Origin: Phallusia mammillata
Taxonomy: Eukaryota
Assembly (NCBI GenBank): GCA_965637545.1
Contig: OZ281496.1
Location: forward strand, 18,352,001 to 18,416,000
Reading direction: 5' to 3'
DNA: 64,000 nucleotides
The notes under the pieces were generated by a model. The model was not told the origin of the DNA and searched no databases. It was given only the letters and a program-made list of their open reading frames with translations. This document shows positions 1 through 9,315 of this stretch, piece after piece. Both the position numbers and the translations under genes were made by a program. How positions within the stretch are numbered: the first letter of the stretch is position 1; every line of letters begins with the position of its first letter.

Positions 1-543
1 ATTCGTCTGCGCAAAACTATAGCCATATAAATATGACATATTTCAACATTTATTGGTCCTAATTCAAACAACTGCTTGATCTCTATTGTTTTTACCATAA
101 GTTTACACACGAAAATACATGTGAGACAACCTACCTTAAATATCACATTGCAAAAAAACTGTGTAATAACCATGTTAACTAGCTGAGATGAACTCAATCT
201 GAAGTAATAGGTTTAACGGAAAATAAAAATCCAAACAAACAGTTACAACAACCAAACAAGTTATTTGGGATTTTTTCGATATTTATCGAGCTTACAGTTT
301 TTTTAAGTTGAAGACTTCATATCTTTTGCAAAGACAATTTGTCTGCACGAAAACCATGGTTTTAGTAAAAATTTCGTTTTTTAAATTGTTCTAAAGTAAA
401 CAAATGCTTGATCTCTATCGTTTTTGTAGTTTGGACAAACAAGAAACGACAAAAACACAAAAACAATAAAAATATTCCAGCAACCCTATCGAAAATCAAA
501 TAGAAAATTTTAAACGATTTTCACAATTGTTATTCCTTTAGCT

Positions 544-778
544 CAGTGATCGGCAACCGCCGGTCCGCGGCCCAGTACCGGTCCGCGAGGAGTTCGTTAC
601 CGGTCCGTATAATTTTTCAGGTGAAATGCTATAAAACATTTTGCCCATGTATCCCGGGGATGACAAACTAATTTAAGCGTTTTTATTGCTAAATATTTGT
701 AGTTTTTTTAAGACCGGTCCGCGATAAAATTTCACTTTCAAAAACGGTCCGCAGTGCAATAAAGGTTGCCGACCCCTG
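544..778. mobile_element. Non-autonomous hAT (Buster/Charlie-type) MITE, 235 bp
   Basis: TIRs CAGTGATCGGCAACC / reverse complement CAGGGGTCGGCAACC; 8-bp TSD CTTTAGCT at 536-543 and 779-786; internal CGGTCCGC motifs. Confidence 0.92.
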
Positions 779-976
779 CTTTAGCTCAGCCATAAAAATA
801 GTATGTGGCAAATTCGTAATATAGATGTTAGCGGAATGACATTAACAAATAACTTTAACAACAACAAAACAACTTACATTTTGGAGGTACATAGGTAAAA
901 TTAATGTCGTGGTATTTTGCTACTGTAGGACATGGATCCACATACTCGTATTTTTGTGGAAGGTGGCAAGAAGGTT

Positions 977-1245
977 TGTTGTATTCTTCAAGTTGTTGTA
1001 TTTACGACACCAAGTAAACGGAAATAAAATAGAATGATTAAACTCAACATGCGCAGCATTATATAGGCAACGATTATCCATTTACATTCCACGGAAAACA
1101 CGCCAGATTAGGAATAGTGTGCTTGCGGACCATACTTGAAATGTAAGGAATGCTGCACTACGCTAAAGGCATACAAGGCTCGAAATGAGGTGCTAATTAA
1201 AACACAACGTTCGAAATTACAACGCAACAATAGAAATCCTTAACA
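977..1245 (-). repeat. 3' LTR of Gypsy element
   Basis: Matches 5486-5754 except at 1145, 1160, 1179 and 1209; preceded on the minus strand by polypurine tract GGGGAGG (1246-1252). Confidence 0.97.
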
Positions 1246-1273
1246 CCTCCCCAACAAGTATGAAAAACGATAA

Positions 1274-4200
1274 TTAGCAACACAATAATTGTCGGGGTTT
1301 ACGTTGTCGTTTTGAACGTCTCGGATTGCCGGGACCATATTCTAAATGTTCAGGGTCCGCGACCTTCGGTGGTGAGGATTGTGTCGTGTCAGGTATTTCC
1401 TCATTTATTCTCTCACTCACGGGGTTAGGATCATCCGCCGGATTTTCATCTTCTTCTGTTGCGTAACGAGGACGGAGTTGTTCAATATGACGTCTCCATA
1501 TAGGTCCTCGCGGAATAACACGTACTTCATGTCGCCTGATAACTTTTGCTGCCACCCAGCGTGGTTGTTGGTTGTGCCTAGGACCAAAGTAAAGGGCATA
1601 ACAAGGATCACCAACTTTGTATGAATAAACGTTTGCTCTTCGCACTAGAGACTGAGATTTGGTGGCGATCTTCGATTGGATCCCTTGTGTGGTGTGGGCT
1701 GGAGATGGAAGCAATGCATCAATCTTTGTACGCATCTGTCGGTGGTTTAAAAGCTCGCTTGGTGAATAACCACTTCCGGCCGGTGTTCGGCGGTGCTGCA
1801 TTAAAAACTCGAGCAGCGCTTCTTTAGGCGGACTTGACGACTTCCGAAGAGCCTGCTTAAAAGTTTGTACCAAGCGCTCAGCAGCGCCATTAGTGGCTGG
1901 ATGGTAAGGTGCTCCTGTAACGTGAACTATTCCTCGCTCTTTGCAATAATTCTGAAATTGTTCGGACATGAACGTGGGAGCATTATCTGTCACAAGCGTG
2001 TGAGGATAACCGAAATGAGAAAAGTCGTTCTCCAAAAGATCGATTGTAGTTTTTGCTGATATCGACTGCGTCGGATGAATACACGGGTATTTCGAATATG
2101 CGTCAATTAGCAGCAACCAGTTGTAACCCATGAAGTTAATTGCATGGTCAACATGTAACCGACTCCACGGCTTTTCTGGACTCATCCATGGATGCAGGGC
2201 AACTTTTGATGGAGCATTCTGATATACCGCACACGTATTACACTTTCGGCAGAGATCAACGATGTCCCTGTCGATGTTTGGCCAGTAGACTGCTGTACGA
2301 GCCAACTGCTTCATACGCTGCATACCGAAGTGTCCTTCGTGTAGTAGTTTAAGAACTTTTGGTCGAATACTTTCAGGAATCACCGCTCGTGAGCCGTATA
2401 ATAGACATCCGTAGCATGTGCTCAATGATTCTTTAATTTTTCGAAAACTCTCTGCTGGATCATTTATATCCTCTATGCGAAATTTCGCCGGCCATCCTTC
2501 TCGAGTATAACGCATCACCTTGGTCAATGTAGGATCTTTGGCAGTCTCTTTCTGCAAAGAATACGAATCTGATGGTTGAACTTGTAAACTCAAAGATCGA
2601 ATATTGCAAACGGTATCTACATCGTGAGCACTTTCTTTTCCGTCAAAAACTGGATCTTGACCCACAGGTAAGCGGCTTAGGACATCAGCATTTTGATGCT
2701 CTGACGTTTTGCGGTAAACTATGTCGTATGAAAATTGATTTAAGAATAATGCCCATCGAGCTAAACGATTGGCTGCAAGGGCTGGAGTAGCCTTGTTTGG
2801 CCCAAACAGCAACAGCAAAGGCTTGTGATCGGTCACAAGGATAAACTTCCTCCCAAACAAGTATTGATAGAACTTCTTTAGAGCGTAAACAATTGCTAAA
2901 GCTTCTTTTTGTATTTGACTGTAATTTCGTTGACTGTTGGTCAATGTCTTCGATGCATTGGCTATCGGCCGCTCGCTACCATCTGGATAACGGTGAAACA
3001 ATACAGCTCCGATACCAACGTTAGAGGCGTCACACGCAATTCCAACAGGCAACGTCTGGTCAAAATGCGTGAGCACGTTGTTGGATGACAACATACGTTT
3101 TAGTTGCTCAAATGCGTCTTGTTCTGTTTCTTGCCACTTCCACTCGACACCTTTTCTTGTAAGTCGGTGTAACGGTTCTGACACTGTTGAAAAATTCGGT
3201 GGCATGAACTTGCCGTAAAACTGCACAGAACTAAGAAACGAACGAAGTGTTGAGACGTTGTGCGGCGGAGGCATTTTAATGACGTCATCGACTTTTGTAC
3301 CTTTTTCTACTCCGTCCTTTGATAATATGTGGCCCAAATACTCCACCTTGTTTTGGGCAAATTTGCATTTTTCCATGCGACAACGAAGACCCTTCTTGTC
3401 TAATCTTTCAAAAAGACGTCGCAGATTTTTGAGATGATCATCGGCAGAAGAACCACTCACGAGGATATCATCTAAATATACAGCAACTCCTGGTAAATCA
3501 CAGGTAAGGTCATCCATGATTTTCTGAAAATAACTTGGAGCAGAAGATATACCAAACGGCAAAACGTTTTGCAGCAATACACCACGGTGCGTGCTAAGTG
3601 CCAACCTCTTTCTGCTTTCGGGGCCTAGCATGATTTGATTATACGCATCCGCAAGATCTATCTTTGTAAAACCATGTCCACCCCCAAGTCTTCGTATTAA
3701 TTCGTCTGGTAGAGGTAATGGATGACGATGCGTTTTAAGTTGAGGATTAACGGTAACGGAATAATCTCCACAAACTCTCAAATTAGCTTTGCATGTTCCA
3801 GGTAAAACTGCTTTTCGGACTGGTACAACTGGAGTTCCCCAGGAATTAAATTGAACTGGCGTCCAGATGCCCCTCGATATGCCAGCGTCGTAGGCCTGGT
3901 TGAGATCCTCTTGCAAAGCTATTGGGACGGCTCTAGGCTTGCAGAATATAGACTTTGTCTCGGGTTGAAAATTTATTTCAAGCTCGTAGCCTTTCAAACA
4001 ACCAAGTTCAGATTTAAACAAGTTTGGAAAACTTTCGCAAAGTTTTCGGCACTCTTGTGCGAGATTTTGTTCCTCAATTTTGTCGATAATGTTGACCGGA
4101 TTTTCTTTGTGAAGAATGTCGTCTAAAGAAATATGCATCTTCTTGATGGCGTCACGACCTAATAGATTCAGCTTAGGGATGCTTGAAACAAGTAACGTAA

Positions 4201-4489
4201 TGTTACAATCCTTGTTTGACCCAGCATGTCTCGCCATAGCTGTAAAAGAACCTAGGATTGGCATGGGATGATCTGTAGCAGATTGATATCGCGTATCTGG
4301 GTCTCGAAGCTTCGGCTTTCCAAGACTTTTCCAGGCCGCAATGGACAGAAAATTTCCACCTGCAGCGGTGTCGAGTTCCATGATGCAAGTTTTCTTGTTG
4401 ATAGAAATTGGAACCTCCAATTTTGGAACTTTAGCTACTTGGTTTGAAATATTTTTCACAGTAAACTTGTCGACACATTTTACTTTCAT
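1274..4489 (-). CDS. pol: Gypsy Pol polyprotein (protease, RT, RNase H, integrase), open for 1071 aa
   Basis: Protease LDTAA; RT KIDLADAYNQ, LPFGI and YLDDIL; RNase H CDASNVGIGAVL, TDHKPL and NADVLSR; integrase HX3GH..CX2C, HVDH, LVTDN and NGAAERLVQTFK. Confidence 0.96.
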   Translation of the reverse strand: MKVKCVDKFTVKNISNQVAKVPKLEVPISINKKTCIMELDTAAGGNFLSIAAWKSLGKPKLRDPDTRYQSATDHPMPILGSFTAMARHAGSNKDCNITLLVSSIPKLNLLGRDAIKKMHISLDDILHKENPVNIIDKIEEQNLAQECRKLCESFPNLFKSELGCLKGYELEINFQPETKSIFCKPRAVPIALQEDLNQAYDAGISRGIWTPVQFNSWGTPVVPVRKAVLPGTCKANLRVCGDYSVTVNPQLKTHRHPLPLPDELIRRLGGGHGFTKIDLADAYNQIMLGPESRKRLALSTHRGVLLQNVLPFGISSAPSYFQKIMDDLTCDLPGVAVYLDDILVSGSSADDHLKNLRRLFERLDKKGLRCRMEKCKFAQNKVEYLGHILSKDGVEKGTKVDDVIKMPPPHNVSTLRSFLSSVQFYGKFMPPNFSTVSEPLHRLTRKGVEWKWQETEQDAFEQLKRMLSSNNVLTHFDQTLPVGIACDASNVGIGAVLFHRYPDGSERPIANASKTLTNSQRNYSQIQKEALAIVYALKKFYQYLFGRKFILVTDHKPLLLLFGPNKATPALAANRLARWALFLNQFSYDIVYRKTSEHQNADVLSRLPVGQDPVFDGKESAHDVDTVCNIRSLSLQVQPSDSYSLQKETAKDPTLTKVMRYTREGWPAKFRIEDINDPAESFRKIKESLSTCYGCLLYGSRAVIPESIRPKVLKLLHEGHFGMQRMKQLARTAVYWPNIDRDIVDLCRKCNTCAVYQNAPSKVALHPWMSPEKPWSRLHVDHAINFMGYNWLLLIDAYSKYPCIHPTQSISAKTTIDLLENDFSHFGYPHTLVTDNAPTFMSEQFQNYCKERGIVHVTGAPYHPATNGAAERLVQTFKQALRKSSSPPKEALLEFLMQHRRTPAGSGYSPSELLNHRQMRTKIDALLPSPAHTTQGIQSKIATKSQSLVRRANVYSYKVGDPCYALYFGPRHNQQPRWVAAKVIRRHEVRVIPRGPIWRRHIEQLRPRYATEEDENPADDPNPVSERINEEIPDTTQSSPPKVADPEHLEYGPGNPRRSKRQRKPRQLLCC

Positions 4490-5418
4490 TGATTCGTGAT
4501 ACGCTTTCTTTCTGCAGACCGACTGTAAATGCCCACGTCGTTTGTTGAAGCCTTAAAACGACATTCACTTGCAAAATGGCCCTTCTTGCCACAACGATAA
4601 CAATTATATGAGCTTGAATTCTCGTTCTGGAGCTCTGCAGAAGGAACCTCCCGGTGTCGCTGATTCCTTGGACGAAACTTGCGCACCTTGTTTACCTCAC
4701 TTTGTTGCGTCCCGTAAACGGTTTCTTTAGCAACTCTAGCGGCGTCCTCGGTCTCCATGGCGACTTGAACTGCCCATGCGAAAGTCAACTCGTCACTTTT
4801 AATTTTAAATACGGCCTTTAGAACTGCTTCATTTTTTACGGAACAAATAAAGCGTGTACGAAGTGCCTCATCTAACGGATCCTTGATGGATGGAAAATCA
4901 CAGGTGCTGGCGTCTTGACGGATTCGTGCTGCCAGTTCCTGGATTGCTTCTCCTGGTTTGCGCTTCATCTCACTCCAGTAGCGAAATCGTTCCCGCACAA
5001 CAAAAAGTTTGGGATCAAACTGGTCTTTCATGAAACCTACGATTTCTTCCATCGTCAAATCGTTGACTTGCTTCGGCGGCGAACTTTGACCTGCTAAATT
5101 GGCCAACAACTTATATACCGTACTAGTCTGGTTGGTCAAAAACACTTGTGCTTTGCGGTCATCGGACACAGCATCTGCCTTGAAAAACGTGCGAAATCTC
5201 GACCAATAATCTTCCCACAATTCCATGGTTTGATCAAACGCTGGAAAATTGGGCGTGGCTGTGCTGGAACTGGGCGTGGCGGAACTTTCAGATGTCGACG
5301 ACTGCTTCAAGAAGTTCATCAAAGTTTCCATTTGGTCTTGATGTCGGCGTTCTTGCTCTTGGTGTCGGCGTTCTTGCAGTTCCATCTGTTTTTGCATGGC
5401 TTCTAAAAATTTCTCCAT
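4486..5418 (-). CDS. gag: Gypsy Gag, 310 aa
   Basis: Capsid-like region followed by zinc knuckle CYRCGKKGHFASEC; lies directly downstream of the PBS. Confidence 0.93.
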   Translation of the reverse strand: MEKFLEAMQKQMELQERRHQEQERRHQDQMETLMNFLKQSSTSESSATPSSSTATPNFPAFDQTMELWEDYWSRFRTFFKADAVSDDRKAQVFLTNQTSTVYKLLANLAGQSSPPKQVNDLTMEEIVGFMKDQFDPKLFVVRERFRYWSEMKRKPGEAIQELAARIRQDASTCDFPSIKDPLDEALRTRFICSVKNEAVLKAVFKIKSDELTFAWAVQVAMETEDAARVAKETVYGTQQSEVNKVRKFRPRNQRHREVPSAELQNENSSSYNCYRCGKKGHFASECRFKASTNDVGIYSRSAERKRITNQ

Positions 5419-5465
5419 TGTTAGAGATTTTCAAGGACCAGACTGCGTTTACCTCGTTTAGCTGG

Positions 5466-5483
5466 ATCCCATCCTCGTCGCCA
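5466..5483 (-). other. Primer-binding site complementary to the 3' end of tRNA-Ser(GCU)
   Basis: The plus strand reads ATCCCATCCTCGTCGCCA, matching the 3' end of metazoan tRNA-Ser(GCU) plus CCA as I recall it; 2 nt from the 5' LTR. Confidence 0.85.
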
Positions 5484-5485
5484 AT

Positions 5486-5754
5486 TGTTGTATTCTTCAA
5501 GTTGTTGTATTTACGACACCAAGTAAACGGAAATAAAATAGAATGATTAAACTCAACATGCGCAGCATTATATAGGCAACGATTATCCATTTACATTCCA
5601 CGGAAAACACGCCAGATTAGGAATAGTGTGCTTGCGGACCATACTTGAAATGTGAGGAATGCTGCACTGCGCTAAAGGCATACAAGGATCGAAATGAGGT
5701 GCTAATTAAAACACAACTTTCGAAATTACAACGCAACAATAGAAATCCTTAACA
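5486..5754 (-). repeat. 5' LTR of Gypsy element
   Basis: 269-bp direct repeat of 977-1245 with 4 substitutions. Confidence 0.97.
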
Positions 5755-8700
5755 GACACCAACTCATGATTTTTGTCACACCGTCCGAACCATCGCAAGG
5801 TCCTCGAAACCTTCTGGCTGACCAACATAAGCTTAAACAAGTGAAACATTGTGTTACATTTTAACATAAAAAAATCAAAACCAAAACGAGTAGAAATCGT
5901 GGAATATAGCCTATTGGTTTATTTTTTGTCAAACATTTCTTTTATTATGTCATTTATTTATTTTTAACTTTTGAACACGTAAGCGGAACACGTGCATTGT
6001 GCCATCACAGAAAGTTTGGGAATCAATGATTTATCGCATGATTGTGTCTCCATGCTGCAATGTTTAACAACATTCTAAAGAAATAATTTTCGATTAATTA
6101 TGTGTGTTCTATAATTGTCTGCCTTTAATCAACCATAAGCGATTTGAAATATATCCTTAAAGCCGAAACTATGATAGTAACATTATAGCAAATATAAAAA
6201 TGATATATTTACCTTAAATATATGAATGTAAAATTCAGATAAACGTATGAATTGTTTGCTAAAAATTTCTTACTTTTTTACGTTTCCGTGTCAGTTAATT
6301 GATCTTTTTTTCTTTTTTTGAATTTTTTTGAAAAACTATCATGTGTAAGTGAAAAGTGAGATATTGCGTACAGACATTTCAAATTTCATTATGTCTGCAA
6401 GCTGTGACGTTACAAACGACATTAAACGAATTACATTTCAATGAATTTGTGTGCTATAATCGACTGTGGTTTAATAAGCCATAAACGATCAAAACGGTCA
6501 TTTTGGTTTAAAAATGTGTAACTTCTCAAATAAAATTTGCTTACTCATCGTAGGGTTGTAGTCTTCCATAAACCACTGATATTATGCGAATAATTCTTCC
6601 TTTTTGACAACTGATGTCGAAGTTTAAAGGGTAACAAACTAAACCAAATGTATAACCGGGTTAGTCTTTGAAACCGCCTTGTCAATTTTGAGCAATTTCA
6701 AATCAATTTTAAGTTAAACACTTGGCGTTACCTACACATCGTATGTGTTCTGTTTCTTGTTGACATTGGTTTTCATAATAAACGGAGTGAGCTAAAAAAA
6801 CAAACGTCAATTTTTGTTCCGATAAAGTTATAATATGCTTCACGTTGACATTTTCCACAAACAAATAAATTGGGTTAAGATATTTTTTTTAAACAAACAG
6901 ACCTTTCTCTGCAAACAGTTTATGGCTCAAACAAAATTAGTAACGGTATCAGATATAAACCATGTTGCTTACCTTGGAACGATAAAAACACCAAAACTGC
7001 AGCACACATCTGTACGAATAAACAGTGTGAGCGATTCATATCTGTTCAAATCTTACAGTATCTATAAGTGTAACAAGTTTTCCTGTAATGCAGTAAAGCA
7101 CAAAATTCTACACCGAACAACAGAGCAACAATTGCTGCACTGGGTGCGTGCATTCCCACAGTACAAATGTTTTTAAAATTTAAACACAAAAGATCGTTGC
7201 CCTTTATTCGCTCTCCACACTAAAACATACGTACGGTGCATGTGAAGGTAACCACAGAAGTATCAGGAAGTTGATTGTTGGCATGTTGTGGTACACAAGA
7301 GGTGATCACCGAGTCGGTGCAGCTTGTGGCTATAACGTTCACCTCTTCTGCAATTTCAACTATTATTGATTTGTTAATTGCAAGTAGGATTTATAAAGCG
7401 TTTATGCTTTGAATTACTTTGAATAAACGTTTTTTCGATTAAGTTTAATGAAAGTCAAAACATTGATCAGAATTGCAAAAAAATCAGATGAATCACGAAA
7501 ATACCTTTAGTTTTGAACAGCGATTGTTATGGGGACCACGACTACATGTCCTTACTAGTGACTATCCTTACTACCCATCAATACACAATAACAACATACA
7601 CGTGCAAACATCAATATCCTCAAGTTCAAGTTATTGTGAAAAAAAACTGAACGATCCATTGTTTTTCTCAACGACGGCATAAAACTGAAACTGCGAGAAT
7701 TTTTATAAATTAAACTGAGATTAAACAAGCAAACTTGGGCTGTTATGAAACAAATTTTGCCATTTTTGGTTATTTGAAAATTTATCAACATTTTTTTTAC
7801 ACCATTTCAAATAATCAAATAATTTTTGGTATGCTGTATACCTCAATGTACGTGCAAAACTAATGTAAGTTAGTTAAACATATTGGTGATATTTTTATGA
7901 AATGGAGATCAAACAGAAGCATGCGTTTCCAGCATTAAATACACATTTCCCAAATAATATTGGCAAAAAAGCATGGTAATTTACTGTACATTTCAGTATC
8001 AATTTCACCCAGTAACAATTAAGATTATTCAAGTAAATTAAAGTGTTAAAGACCATAGTTTAATTAACCAAGTGCTTAATAGAATGCTGTTGAAAGAAGT
8101 GAATAATACACTTGGAAACACACTTGTTTTCTTACAGAGAATAACTGAAACATGATTCTACTTTTTTCACATTTTAAACAGAAAACATTTTTAGCACGGA
8201 TTTGATGACTAACAGCACAACCACATTACAGTATTTGTTCAATGACTTATCCTTATTTAACAATGTCTTTAGGCCTTACATTCCATGAATTTAAATTTAT
8301 ATTGGATTATTTGATTTGAAGCAAAAATCATTTAATTTAAGAAATTTGAAAACCTTCATTTGATAACAGCCCTGGACACCACAATAACAATAAGTAATCA
8401 TGTACTAAGTTTATTCTCATTAAAATTTGTACACATACATGTACATTTTCCAAACCAATATCTCCGAGTAAAACATTACGGCGTGTTTGCATTTGCAACT
8501 GTCTTGTTTAGTTAAATCAAACAAGCAGACTTAACACCCTCTTTTAGTTTCTTAACGTTTATTACTGTAGGATTCGTAAAATCTATAGGATTCCAATTTT
8601 ATTTAATATAACTTACCGTCCTTTGTAAACGCTAGACCTTGATGCTTCGATCAATAGGATCTCCTCTTCCCCATTTCATGTGACAGAAAAGGTGCCTCGA

Positions 8701-9211
8701 TTTTTCTTGGAATAACTTGTTGCGGTGTCCGTCATTATTCAAACAATGCAAAATTGTGTAAGCAGCACAAAAATTACTTAACACTCCAGAAAGCTATTGG
8801 TCAACAAACAATAAAATTGATCGTATAATAAGGGTAAAAAATCTTCCGTTAATAAGAAAAACTATTTGCATTGTTTGTTTTTCTCTACTGGGATTCATTC
8901 TCAATCGTTCACCTTACTATCACTTTTGTGCTTATTAAGATAAGCATAGTTTTGTTTTGCTTTTTTATTTGTATTTTATTGACAAAAAATGATTAAAGCG
9001 TCATTTCACCAAGGGGTGAATTAAGCTGTTCTACCGAAACTTGCACCTTGTTCTACTTTGTTTATTTGTTTTTTGTATTTTTTTCATTTTATTGTATGTT
9101 TTTCTTTTTTTGTTATTTGCGTTTTTGTTATTCATATTTAACGAATTCAACAGAGTTGTGGACTATTTTAAAGTGAGTTAATTGCATGGATAATTTAATA
9201 TTAGTCTAAAC

Positions 9212-9315
9212 CAGGGGCGGGCAACTTCTCCAGTCGGCGGGCCTGATATGGGAAAATGAAGTACTTGGCGGGCCGGATTCCTGAATCGCCGCGGGCCGTA
9301 TGTTGCCCGCCCCTG
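9212..9315. mobile_element. Minimal hAT MITE, 104 bp
   Basis: Perfect 14-bp TIR CAGGGGCGGGCAAC; TSD GTCTAAAC at 9204-9211 and 9316-9323. Confidence 0.93.

Larger units (their letters stand above)
977..5754 (-). mobile_element. Ty3/Gypsy LTR retrotransposon, full length, 4778 bp
   Basis: Two 269-bp TG..CA LTRs, PBS, PPT, gag with CCHC knuckle, and pol in the order PR-RT-RH-IN. Confidence 0.97.
878..7009 (-). pseudogene. SUEL/rhamnose-binding lectin (Gal_lectin domain) gene, disrupted by Gypsy insertion; 3' end not located left of 878
   Basis: Minus-strand exons 7009-6973, 6638-6545, and 5831-5755 joined to 976-878 have AG/GT ends and matching phases. They translate to MCAAVLVFLSFQVCYPLNFDISCQKGRIIRIISVVYGRLQPYDDLCWSARRFRGPCDGSDGVTKIMSWCQPSCHLPQKYEYVDPCPTVAKYHDINFTYVPPK, containing the SUEL motifs YGR, DPC and KY. 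A weaker, degenerate second SUEL-like piece lies at about 7230-7560. Confidence 0.75.

Noticed and set aside
1-430. Degenerate ~335-bp-spaced direct similarity (TGCTTGATCTCTA) at the window start
   Set aside because: Only two short, diverged matches, cut by the window edge; cannot be classified.
977-5754. Recombination between two Gypsy copies as the cause of the missing TSD
   Set aside because: Both flanks are parts of the same host exon, so they were not brought together from different loci.
8600-8760. Exon-like minus-strand stretch with a GTAAG donor and an internal TGA
   Set aside because: No domain match and no in-phase link to the lectin exons.
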